Positions 1 to 9,937 of a stretch of DNA of 43,408 nucleotides are shown piece by piece (position 1 is the stretch's first letter; every line of letters starts with the position of its first letter). This DNA comes from Halocafeteria seosinensis (lineage: Eukaryota): positions 1 to 43,408 of the forward strand of contig LVLI01000275.1 of assembly GCA_001687465.1 (NCBI GenBank). The letters run 5' to 3'. Below the pieces are notes generated by a model. The model made no database searches. It was not told the origin of the DNA and was given only the letters and a program-made list of their open reading frames with translations. A program made the translations under genes and the position numbers.

Positions 1-170
1 GAATATGTGGAATGTCTTCGAGAAGGGTTGTCTTGTCGACTTATGAAGTCCAATGTCAACCTACTTTCTAGGTGGTTGCAGTTAGTTCTACCGAAGAAGA
101 GTGGAGGTGTAGCTGTTTATGTTTCTAGTTCGGTAACAGGCGCTGTTTACAATTCCAACTCATCTTTGTA
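1..170 (+). mobile_element. Non-LTR retrotransposon fragment, post-RT thumb region (CRE/RLE type)
   Basis: Frame 1 reads ...SRWLQLVLPKKSGGVAVYVSSSVTGAVY..., resembling the W-x-Q-x-x-LP-x-x-x-GGLG...AAY motif after the RT of CRE-like elements. Not in the ORF track; truncated by the window edge; adjacent to RLE fragments. Confidence 0.55.
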
Positions 171-338
171 ATACTCCAAGACCATCAACATAGTATACAC
201 CACCATGTGGACGTCGTCGGGGTTATCTGCACTGGTATCTGCAGGGGAAACAAAGTTACAGGGCAGGAGCAAGCTCCGCCGGTGTGTATTGTATACGTTC
301 TACCGGGAGAAACTACGAGCAAGATGATACTATTCTAC

Positions 339-897
339 TTACGTTTCAAATTGCACGGTAGTCACAAAATGCCGGATCATTTTGACGTTCTCTCTCATCA
401 AGCACAGGTTTAGCCGAGACATCACCAGCTTCCTGTAGTTTCGTTGGTCCCACGCTCCTTTCAGTGTCCCCGGGAATCTCTTTGCCAGACGCTTAAGGAA
501 GCGATACGCATCGTCTCCGAAGCCTCCAGTCGCTTCCATCGCGAAAGGAATGAGCTCCCGATCATGTCTGCGTAGGTGGGAATACTTTGTCCGCTTCGGG
601 TTTTCTGCTTCCATGGCCACGCATAGTCCGGTATTGGCCGCCCTTCCCATCCTATCTTGTGTTAAAGGGTTGACCACGGTGACGTCTATAAACATCGAGA
701 CCAGAGGCCCCTCAGCGACGATGTCCATCCTTCCATTCGGGTCGGACTGTGACAACATGGGCTTTTTCAATTGTATGGGCATTCTGCATGCCTTCAGTTC
801 CTTTCCCAGCGCAGACGTGATTGAGTTGTGTCTGGCAGTACGGAGGTCAGCTGAACCTTCGGCTCCGCAGCAGAGTGCGTCCTGTTGTGTTTGCTGA
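339..897 (-). mobile_element. RLE non-LTR retrotransposon 3' fragment (degenerate Zn knuckle + restriction-like endonuclease)
   Basis: ORF 339..782 extends upstream in frame as DALCCGAEGSADLRTARHNSI (H-x3-C...RHN knuckle remnant), then RMDIV...IDVTVVNP...AENPKRTKY...IPFAMEATGGFG..A..FLKRLA, the typical RLE C-terminus. Confidence 0.88.
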
Positions 898-899
898 CA

Positions 900-1300
900 G
901 TGGCGTCATGGATATTGTGGCTCACGGGGACACCAGTGATTGGTTGATCGATGTGACGGTCCCAATCCCCTTGTCTGACGATCGGTTAGTGAGATCAGCG
1001 TGTTCCAAGTTGTGGACAGCCAAGCAAGCAGAGAATGCCAAACTGAGGAAGTATGCCCATCTGAAGGAGTATGATCGCGAGATCATTCCTTTCGCTGTGG
1101 AGGTCACTGGAGGCTTTGGAGTTCGTGCAGTTGCGTTATTGAAGCGGTTGTCGAGACCGCATGTCACGAGGCTGGCGTGTGTAGGTGAACGGAAGAACTT
1201 TCGGAAATTGGTGACTGCCAAGATTTCGGTTTGTCTGATGCGCGAGAATGCGCACATGATAGATCATTTCTTGGGGAATCTTGGGTCACTTGTAGAGTAA
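900..1300 (+). mobile_element. RLE non-LTR retrotransposon 3' fragment, diverged relative of 339..897
   Basis: MDIVAHG...LIDVTVPIP...AENAKLRKYAHL...IIPFAVEVTGGFG...ISVCLMRENA; stop at 1300 followed by a T/A-rich tail. The ORF part 821-899 is just the antisense of the neighbouring element. Confidence 0.88.
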
Positions 1301-1352
1301 TTTTAGCTATTCTTTCATTTTTCCTCAATCTTTGTAAGAGTAAATACAATAC

Positions 1353-1600
1353 ACAGATGTGTTGGATGTTTCCGTCACCAGTCCGTCAGCGGTTAGAGCT
1401 CAACAAAACTTATCTTCGACTGCGGCGACGGCAGGAAGGGAAAGGACGAAATGTCGTAAGTACGATGGAGTTTGCCAGGAGGCTCACAAGAGCTTTTTGC
1501 CGGTGGCTTTTCAGACTTTTGGGGGTATAGGACGGAAAGGATTGGACTTTCTCTCGGACTTGCTGAACCGTCGGAATTACTCCTCTGACGAGTTTATAGG
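1353..1600 (+). mobile_element. Third RLE non-LTR retrotransposon fragment (different subfamily)
   Basis: LDVSVTSP...RERTKCRKY...FLPVAFQTFGGIGRKGLDFL; truncated at both ends. Confidence 0.8.
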
Positions 1601-1639
1601 GAGTCCGGAGCCCCCACGAAGTATTCCCCTGTAGAATCA

Positions 1640-1780
1640 TTACAAAACATTATGTCTTTCCGATCAATTGCTTCATTAGCTAGACGGTCAGCCTCCGTGT
1701 TTTCCTCGCGAGGAACATGATGCAGCGAGATAGACTTCACCTGTGGCTGCTCCCGCAGACGCTCAAGTGTTTCGATTACA
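1640..1780 (-). mobile_element. RNase H C-terminal fragment (archaeal/bacterial-like RNase HI type, probably retroelement-derived)
   Basis: SISLHHVPREENTEADRLANEAID matches the H-V-P-R-x-x-N-x-x-A-D-x-L-A RNase HI C-terminal motif; the N-terminal half is absent. Confidence 0.75.
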
Positions 1781-1896
1781 TTGTGACCTCCAGAGAGGAA
1801 GGATGCAATCATTCCGACGCCCTCATGCTTCAGTTTTTCAGACCAGCAGATTGGTCATAAGTTACGATAAGATTCGAAACCTCCTGTTGGTCGTGT

Positions 1897-3257
1897 TTAG
1901 ACACTCACATGCTCTACAAAAATAACTTCTTCTACCTCTTTTCCGCATGGCAGAGAAACTGTACTTTTCTTCATATGGTCATTCAATTCATCCTGTCCAA
2001 AATGGTGGTAAAATACATATTGCTTTCCTGTAAATCTGCGCAATTTGGGATACAAGATAGCAGCAGCTACAGTCATTATCCGGAAATTACGTTCAGTCTT
2101 CTCCCAAACTTCTTTCTTCCGAGCGGTGAATTTAGACTCTCCCACAGTTCTGTGTAAGTCAGTCGTTCCATCGGGCGAAAACACTTGCAACGAACCGCGT
2201 GCATCCAGCTCTATTTCATAGCAGGGGGAATGTTTTCTCAGCTGTATAATTGGAGTGACATGGTAAATGCGAGCATGCCAAATCCATCGTCCCCCGTTAG
2301 GTCGACATTGTCTACAACTTTGTTGAGTGGTAGCGCTAGAGTCTTTCGAAGAATATCCGAATACTTAGCATGGACGTGGCTACAAAGATACTCCTCATCA
2401 AAAGTCGTAGGAAGACACATATAAAAGAGAATAGGATTATCCTGCAACCAATCTACATCCATCCCATGGATATTTTGTCGCGCTTTCTTATGCATTTCGT
2501 GAATGCTTATAGTGGTTTCGTCCTCAAGTGTCTCAGACAAGCCCACGACGTCTTCATGAGCCAGACACGTTATCAGTTCTTGCAAAACTCGTTTGCGTGA
2601 ACGGAAAACCTTGATCTGTTTTCCGCCCTCCTCATTCGTCATTCTCTTCATTTCTAAGAGAGAATTCGCGACATCCCTGACAGTGTTCCGTCCACTCCAG
2701 TCATCGATTTCATGATTCACAACACTATCGGCACTTTTCTCATACTCACTGGCCCATCTAACCAAGCGGAGATGAAGTTTTTCCTCGCGGATGTGATCCA
2801 CAAGCACCTGAATAGAATTCAACATTCTTTGATTGTGTCTAGGGCCCGTTCTTTTTCCCAGCCCACTCGGATATCCGTGTTGACGGCGCTTTGGACATGT
2901 CACAAGGCGAGCAAGACCTTCCAAGCCCTTCGCATTGAAATTTGAAACTCCGTCTGGCCCCAGATACCCTTGAAAATTTGGGCGGCAAGCTATTTCCAAA
3001 AGACTTCCTACCATCTTTTCGACTGTTTCCACATTGATAAGCCTACTTTCCACATTGGTAAGCCTACTTTCCACATTGGTAAACCTACTTTCCACATTGG
3101 TAAGCCTACTGTCGATATTGGTCAGTTTAGTTTCCTCGATGCTGGCGAGCCTAGCATTCACCTTTTGTATGTCTTCACGGAAGGATTCTTTCAACCCGTT
3201 AATAGCGGCGAGTATCGACGATGAATCCTCTTTCTCTTCATTTGCAACGGTAGCCAT
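1897..3257 (-). pseudogene. Heptad-repeat coiled-coil protein with C-terminal PD-(D/E)xK-like nuclease motif; one frame break near 2225-2260
   Basis: ORF 2238..3257 has TNVESRL heptads. A second frame continues as QLRKHSPCYEIELDARGSLQVFSPDGTTDLHRTVGESKF into ORF 1897..2190. Confidence 0.6.
3026..3109. repeat. 21-bp coding tandem repeat, 4 copies
   Basis: Unit tttccacattg(a/g)taa(g/a)cctac x4, encoding (T/I)NVESR(L/F) on the minus strand. Confidence 0.95.
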
Positions 3258-3726
3258 GTTGTCGGTTTTGGGAGAGATATAACAGCCGGGGCCGGTCGAT
3301 ATTGTTGCTTCGTGTCAAAGAAGTCAATCTTGCTGTCTGGCTGGTCACTACAACATCAAGTATTTCTGCGATTCTAAGCCACACATTTATATTATCAATG
3401 CACCACTTGGAAAGACCAAGCATCCATCTATCACGTGCCAAAAAAGTCATCCAGGGTCTTTGTTGGTTGTATAGTCAATCATACAACGGGTACGCTTTCC
3501 ATTGAGCCTACATCGGAAATTAAAAACGTCGTGGTTGTCCTATGCAGACCACTTACATTGTATACAGTCCGTGTTCATGCAGTCGACGACGAAGATGTGA
3601 CTGATGGCCCACCGGCAGCTGGATGTTAGCCGCTACACTTAGGTTACCAAGTTAGGTAGCAGCTGGCGCCGTGTCTGGCAGCTACAGTACAGGCCCGCTG
3701 TTCCACTAGGAGAGAGGCAGCATAAA

Positions 3727-3859
3727 CGAGTGACTTCAAAGCATTGACGCAGACCCGATGCAGTATATGCATACAAAGAGGTCTTCTGTAACAGAAGTTG
3801 TCAAACTCAATGTCTGTTTTAACAAAGTTTTTTGTTTGCCTTCAACAGGCTGACAGCCG
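3727..3859 (+). repeat. Direct repeat, copy 1
   Basis: cgagtgacttc...cgcagacccgatgcagtatatgcatac-a-agaggtcttctgtaacagaa...gtcaaactcaatgtctgtt...gccttcaacaggctg-cagccg is shared with 6084..6311. Confidence 0.9.
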
Positions 3860-4010
3860 CATACATGTGGTGGATAGATCTAACCTACTACTGCGTTTGA
3901 CGATATCTATGAACAACGTATGGTATATACACATACTATGAGGACAGGCACGGGGTACTCCGAAGCAGGATAGGTGGCTAGGCAACCGGACTGAATTCAG
4001 CCTGGGCGAC

Positions 4011-5819
4011 ATGTTACGACTCGAACTTACGAGTGCTTTGGGATGGATTCTTGGCCACCCCTTGGTACGTGCCCTGTTACCTGGGAGGCTCCTTCCCTTT
4101 TAGTTAGCAGTGTCTCCTCCAATGTAGCTACATGTATTCGTATCAATTGCTTTATATGACATGCAGAGCTGGTTCCAGGAGAAGTGTAGCAAGGGAACGT
4201 CGACTGCTAAGAGGATCGCCGTAGGAGTGGTTGTGTTAGCAGGAGCTCATAGTGTATTTACCAGCAATGTTGTTCCATTTTTTCTATACGAGTGTGGACC
4301 CTAGTACGCGGTCGTATTCCAAGTCGCCTAGGCGGTCTAGCACGGCGGAGTCTCATGGACGAGCTGGATCAACATTCGAGAAGAGTCCTCGAAGAAGCCT
4401 ATGAGAAGGACACCGAAGCGCGATGGGAATACATTGATCAGCAGTACGACGATTCGAAACAGTCGCATGATGTTTTAATTGACAACATTCTGCTACCGTT
4501 AGAAAAATATCTTCTAGAAGCACTTGAAGGCGCGCATGAAAATGCAAAGCAAGAAACAGCTCTGAACGAGATCTTGCAATTGGTTCGTGAATTCCTCGCT
4601 CATAGTCATTAGAGGTGTATGCTATATAATGAAAGTACCACAAGACGACCATAGGACAGCAATGGATCGTGCAGTGGAGGACATCGAGTGGTCTCTGTAT
4701 TATCGCAGCCTCGCTCGGACAAAAGAGAAACCTCACGACCGCCGCCAAGAAAAATTTCGAACTAATATCCGTAAAACAGATGTTCTGGCATTGCGAGATG
4801 AATTCGTGCGCGCGGAAGAAGTATATCGGAATTTAACGCCCTCGAACGCCTCTAAGATCCTCAGTGCACGTGCTCACAACAATCTGGCAATCCTCTTACA
4901 TGTAATGGGTGAGCACCAAAGCGCAATAAGTGAACAGAGATCGTGTACCGCCGTCATCGATGGTTTGGCAGAAGATTTGGATCGTCATGTTTATCCCAAA
5001 CAGTTTGCGACCGTATTTATAAAGATGAGAAGATCGACAGCAAAAGTAGGGTTCTATGCGCGCTGGTATCTGAACGCAGTGACCAACGAACTCAGTGGGA
5101 AAGCTCTAGACCACTTGCACCATGTGCGAGGATTTTCTGATGCTGAAGTTGAGTACCGAGAGGCTGTCGAACGACTCAGATTTATTTGGCGTAAACAGCT
5201 GACGAGTCGAATCAGTGTTGTTCAATACGCTATGGCCGAGAACGATTCCGATACTATTCGTGAACAAATTCATGAAATTGTCACAAAAAACCTTCTACGC
5301 GAACCGTATCGCACTCTTGATGCTGACTGGTTAGAGACCGAAGGAGGCATACGGTGTTTGGCTACACTTGGGGCAGCGCTTTCACTATCATCAGGGAATG
5401 ATTGCAAGGAATTGTCAAAGAGGTGTTTTGCGCTTACGGACGGACCCCGTGGACGTCCTCAGCACCGATCCTGGGTGCATTTGCAACGAGGATTGGCGCA
5501 CTGGAACTGGGGAGAAGAAGAGGATGCAATTGCACAGCTTAAGCAATGCTACAAAATCGCACGCCCCGAGTCAGGCAACGTCGCGTACATTCACCCTCGC
5601 CAAGCCAGAACCCTAATTGAGTGTTGCCAGTTGCTTTCCCAGCTACAACCCACGTCGCAAGATGAGTACAATAAGGTTCTAGGGGAGCTCGAAGAACAAC
5701 GTTTTAGAATAGAACTCAAACGGTACCGCTCTTTGCCGAAGGAAAGTCGGAAGGCCAATGTAAAATTTGATAACGAAAGGGTCAAAGAATTTGTGGATGA
5801 TTTGATAACAATGATGTAG
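4011..5819 (+). pseudogene. Helical/TPR-like protein with N-terminal hydrophobic segment; two apparent frameshifts
   Basis: Putative exon 4011-4064 and intron 4065-4166 (GTACGT...TGCAG, in frame). Frame breaks near 4280 (T run) and 4590-4610. ORF 4587..5819 has TPR-like ARAHNNLAILLHVMGEHQSA and WVHLQRGLAHWNWGEEEDAIAQLKQCY. Confidence 0.5.
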
Positions 5820-6083
5820 CCAGAAATCATTTAGAGCGCACTTGGCCGGAACCAAGTTTCGTGTATTGTTGTTGTGTTACTGTGCTGTTAAGTTGATTGG
5901 TGGAGTGGTCTCAAAGGGCGGCGTCAGTGTTGCAAGAAACAATGCGCTGGATAGAATGTTCAATCAACCCGTCCTGTCTACCAATCAGAATGATACGAGG
6001 CTCCGACCGCAGGTCGGACGCAGTCTCGGCGTGCGTAGCCCGCTGCTATGAACCTGGAGGTGACCTTCATCGACACATATCAT

Positions 6084-6311
6084 CGAGTGACTTCCGCAGA
6101 CCCGATGCAGTATATGCATACACAGAGGTCTTCTGTAACAGAATTTCTGTTGCTATGTTCTGACACGCTTCTGCACATGTCTAATAAGCACGCATTGATG
6201 CGGTGTATGTAAAAACGACAGTCAACCCTGTCGACGGCATCGATTCCATGGGTACCGTCAAACTCAATGTCTGTTAACAAAGTTTGTCTGCCTTCAACAG
6301 GCTGGCAGCCG
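6084..6311 (+). repeat. Direct repeat, copy 2 (about 110 bp extra at 6144-6256)
   Basis: Matches 3727..3859 in two blocks, 6084-6143 and 6257-6311. Confidence 0.9.
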
Positions 6312-6870
6312 TACAATATTAGTACAACGTTGTAGAGTCAGCTTCAACTGATAAGGATGGGCAGAAGTCGGGACGCACCCCTGCCAGTCTGCAACATGCT
6401 ACAGGGTTGGCAGAGCCGGCAGACTTTAGTAGCGCTATAAATAACGTATTATTGGATCATATTGGTCAAATCAAAGATATACATACTCGCACTGTTCCTA
6501 TGTTGGCCTGTGGCACCCTCTCCACACGTAGACTCAGTCATTCGCTCAATGACTGATAGTGAGCCTCAGCGACTGGGAGCAAGACATGAGTCTCAGAGTC
6601 GTTTGGAAGATTTCAAAGCATTCTTTTGGGGGGAATGCCGAACTCGACCGCATAATAGAGTGAACGGAATTGATGAATACGGAACAAGGACAGAAATGTT
6701 GAGTAAAGTATATTCAGCGCGCTCTGCGGAACGCGAACATGCATGCATCAATGAAAAAAGGAGATGAAACTCCATAGTCGATATTTGTGGGCCAACATAA
6801 TGTGACTTGGACTCACTAGATTGAGCTAGTGAACTGGCGATTCAGTTGCTCTCCACTCCAAACGGTAGGT

Positions 6871-8505
6871 TCATGGTGCAGACTTTGCATCGACCGTGGT
6901 CTCCACGGGCGAGTCCAAACGGTATCTTTCAGGAGCGAATATTTGAAACAGAATAGGTCCAAATTTTTTCAGACGGACATCTCTGGGGGATAGTTTAATG
7001 TCATTTTGCCCAGCAAAGATCCCGCGCAGTATGGACGTTTGCAATCTTCTAAGTTCGGTAGCAGCAATATCTCTGTGAGTCTCGGCTAATGCGAAATCGA
7101 TATCGTCACGTGTGATGTACCCGTCATCATCAGTGTCAAAAGCATGGAACCAGTATGCTACGCTGCGGTCGGACATACTATCGGTGAGAGCAGCGTAAAA
7201 AACCCTAAAATCTTGGAAGTTCATGTGATCGGTAATTCCACAGGTGTTCAGGGGTGAGGTTGAAGAAAACATCCGTTTTTTGATGGCCATCGGGGCATTA
7301 AAATTTAGCAAGGCGAAAATGTTTTCGCAAGGGGCAACCTCCTCGAATTCGAGCACTTTTTCGACGCCCGTGTTTCCCCGCTGGTCGTGTTGCCCCACTT
7401 TCACTCTTTGAGCTTCTTCGAAAAGGGCATTGTAATGTCCGAACGAGGACAAACTAAACGGGGCTACCTGGTCAATACCACAAGTAGCACACTTAAAGAA
7501 TGCTCCAGCGACGTTGCTTTCGGCGAAAGTTTTGAGGCTTATTCTCCTCGAATGCAGACCACCTAGCACGGACCATATTCCTGTCAATACGGAGGTGATA
7601 TATCTTGCCTTAAGCTTTTGATTCTGCTTTATGTAACAGAGATCGGGATGACGCTCGACAAGAGCCACTACTAAAGGATGCATGTCATGAAGACGTAAGT
7701 ATCTGGGACTCCGATTTGCACTTGGTGAGGCCTCTTCATGCCGGCAGCAAAAGGCATTTCTTTCCTGATGCAAGAGCTCCGTTTTCGTCGGAGGGCATAC
7801 AAGTCTCAATATTTTTGTTTTTCGGTCCGCATGTACTAGATCTTGCGGCCAGAATCTCATGAAGTCTACGAGGCCAATCTTTTCGTTCGCAGCGGGGCCT
7901 CTGCGAAACGCCTCGGTGTACTGGAGAATATGAGGAGGCAGTTTCCCTTCTCCGACCAACTCGGAAACAATGTTTCGGCATTCAATGGCGCGTTGGAACA
8001 CGACCAATCCCAAATAAGCTGGGAGTCCACAATATTGTTTCACGAGTTTCCGGAAGTGTCCGCTTGTAACACCCAATCCTGTCTTGGTAGAATCGCCAAA
8101 TTGCTCGAGAACATACGGAGGAGCCGAGGAGAAATATGTTGGGGTTATTGCAAGTTCACTGTTTTCCCTCACCTCACCATATAGGTTATTGACAGTATCA
8201 GATGATTGGCTCAGTGAACGAGACATAGAGGCGGACGAGACGCAAGTTTCATTGGGTCCGATAGTGAGCTTCGACTCTACGACAGTGCTGGACGTGGACG
8301 TCTGGCACAAGGACTCGGATCTAGCAGTAAACACCTCAGGTGTTTCATCGTCAGGCTCTGTGATCTTACTGGAACCTTGTCGAGTGCGACAGAATGATGC
8401 TTCTTGAGTGTGTGCATTCTCCTCCTCGTCTCCCCCCATTGGCATTGGATGTATCCTCCGATCGTTTTGCTTCCTAATCTTGAGCAATAGGCGTCGGAAA
8501 GGCAT
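6871..8505 (-). CDS. PP2A regulatory subunit B''-like EF-hand protein (divergent), paralog 1
   Basis: LVVALVERHPDL, ARYITSV, MNFQDFRVF...SVAYWFHAFDTDDDGYITRDDI match PR72/B'' motifs. First ATG at 8505; no introns. Confidence 0.8.
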   Translation of the reverse strand: MPFRRLLLKIRKQNDRRIHPMPMGGDEEENAHTQEASFCRTRQGSSKITEPDDETPEVFTARSESLCQTSTSSTVVESKLTIGPNETCVSSASMSRSLSQSSDTVNNLYGEVRENSELAITPTYFSSAPPYVLEQFGDSTKTGLGVTSGHFRKLVKQYCGLPAYLGLVVFQRAIECRNIVSELVGEGKLPPHILQYTEAFRRGPAANEKIGLVDFMRFWPQDLVHADRKTKILRLVCPPTKTELLHQERNAFCCRHEEASPSANRSPRYLRLHDMHPLVVALVERHPDLCYIKQNQKLKARYITSVLTGIWSVLGGLHSRRISLKTFAESNVAGAFFKCATCGIDQVAPFSLSSFGHYNALFEEAQRVKVGQHDQRGNTGVEKVLEFEEVAPCENIFALLNFNAPMAIKKRMFSSTSPLNTCGITDHMNFQDFRVFYAALTDSMSDRSVAYWFHAFDTDDDGYITRDDIDFALAETHRDIAATELRRLQTSILRGIFAGQNDIKLSPRDVRLKKFGPILFQIFAPERYRLDSPVETTVDAKSAP

Positions 8506-9937
8506 TTTTGCTATCTCGAGGCCTTGCACCTGGTATAATTAACCGTGGCAGTACTCCGTCGGTTTGGGTCGTAATACCGTGGGGGGTTGGTTGGTTCCTT
8601 CGGATCAGCGGAGATAGATAACGGCGTCGGGGTGTTCCCGTTACTGCTTCTAAACTGTGATGCAGAAATTCCCGCAATATACAGTCGACTATAGCTCTTA
8701 CTGAGCACGAGTACTTTACAGGGAAAGGTCTCCCTTCGAAAGCGAGTCGTACTGAGGGCACAGAAGTAAGAAGCGCGCCAATATCATGATACACCTACGT
8801 TATGCTGCCGCAGCCTTTGTACGGCTGAAGACACAATAGTACGTACTAGTAGACCCTACTGCAATTTCGATTGTTCACACAAGACGACAATTATACGCTT
8901 ATGAGGCATTTTCTCATGAGTCTCGAGTGGGTCAATACCAATCGCAACTACCAATGTAGCAAAATGAGTCAGCTCTCACACGGCAGAGACTCCGGCGCGG
9001 GAAATGCTGTTTCTTCAAGGGATGGTATAGGAAGAAGTTCCGAAGAACCCGATGTTACTTGCCGCCCTGAAGAAGTAGCGACGTCAGTGAGCTCAGCACG
9101 ATAAGAGTAATTGGTGGATATGCTTGTGGCGTATCGGTAGAGCTTCGACGTTGTGGTTGTGACTTGCGAGGAAGCACTCAAGGCCTGTAAATCGGTGGAA
9201 TATATTCTCCCGCTTCTTACAAGCTGCTCATGGAATAGGCAATAATGTTCCGATGTCTATCCCCTATCTCTGATGTGGCAGTACCACAGCTCGTTCATCA
9301 GCGGCGGTTGGAGAAGTACTCGGGTCTCAGTAACGGCGTGGTTCCCGCAATGAGAGTGTTGGGCCTCCGGGACGGCAGAGAAATCGAAGCACCTACGCAT
9401 CCTAGGGTGTATTCATCGTTTCACGAATTTGCTTACATTATAAAAAGTGGTTTTATAGCTTTACATCAAGAAGGTCGATCGTGTGGATGATCCAGGCGGC
9501 ACCAATGCGCAAACTTCGTGACCCTTGTTCTGTGTTCTACGCTGCCGGTTGCGGATCTGGTACACACCCTTCTAGATATTTTGGCACTGAGTCAGACTCC
9601 CTGTACGGTAGTTGGGATAGACTCAGCAAATGCGCACTATGCACTCGCTACTCCTCTATACTACACGACATTGCCTTCGCGCATTCCAAGACCCCTAATG
9701 GTTAACTCCGATACCTCCGCAGCGCTTGCTTTCCCGCATCCACTTGGCAACTACAGTACACTGTACTCCCCCCGATAGGTATAAAAGCAAAGATAGTGCA
9801 ATCAGTACCTCATGGATTCCACACAGGAAAGAGAGTTATTTAAAACTCAAGCTGATGGGGAATGAGCGCGATATCTTTCAGCCGGAAACCATCGGGATGT
9901 ACCCCGAGTGAAGCATCCAATAGCACATCGTGCCTGG

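Noticed and set aside
339..1300. Twin-priming inversion of a single retrotransposon
   Set aside because: Both arms cover the same homologous region and are substantially diverged; twin priming gives non-overlapping parts of one element.
3026..3109. 21-bp repeats as a CRISPR-like array
   Set aside because: No spacers; the units are contiguous and encode in-frame heptads in a eukaryotic gene.
8530..9930. Short ORFs between the two B''-like genes
   Set aside because: No recognisable motif or consistent splice model; treated as intergenic.
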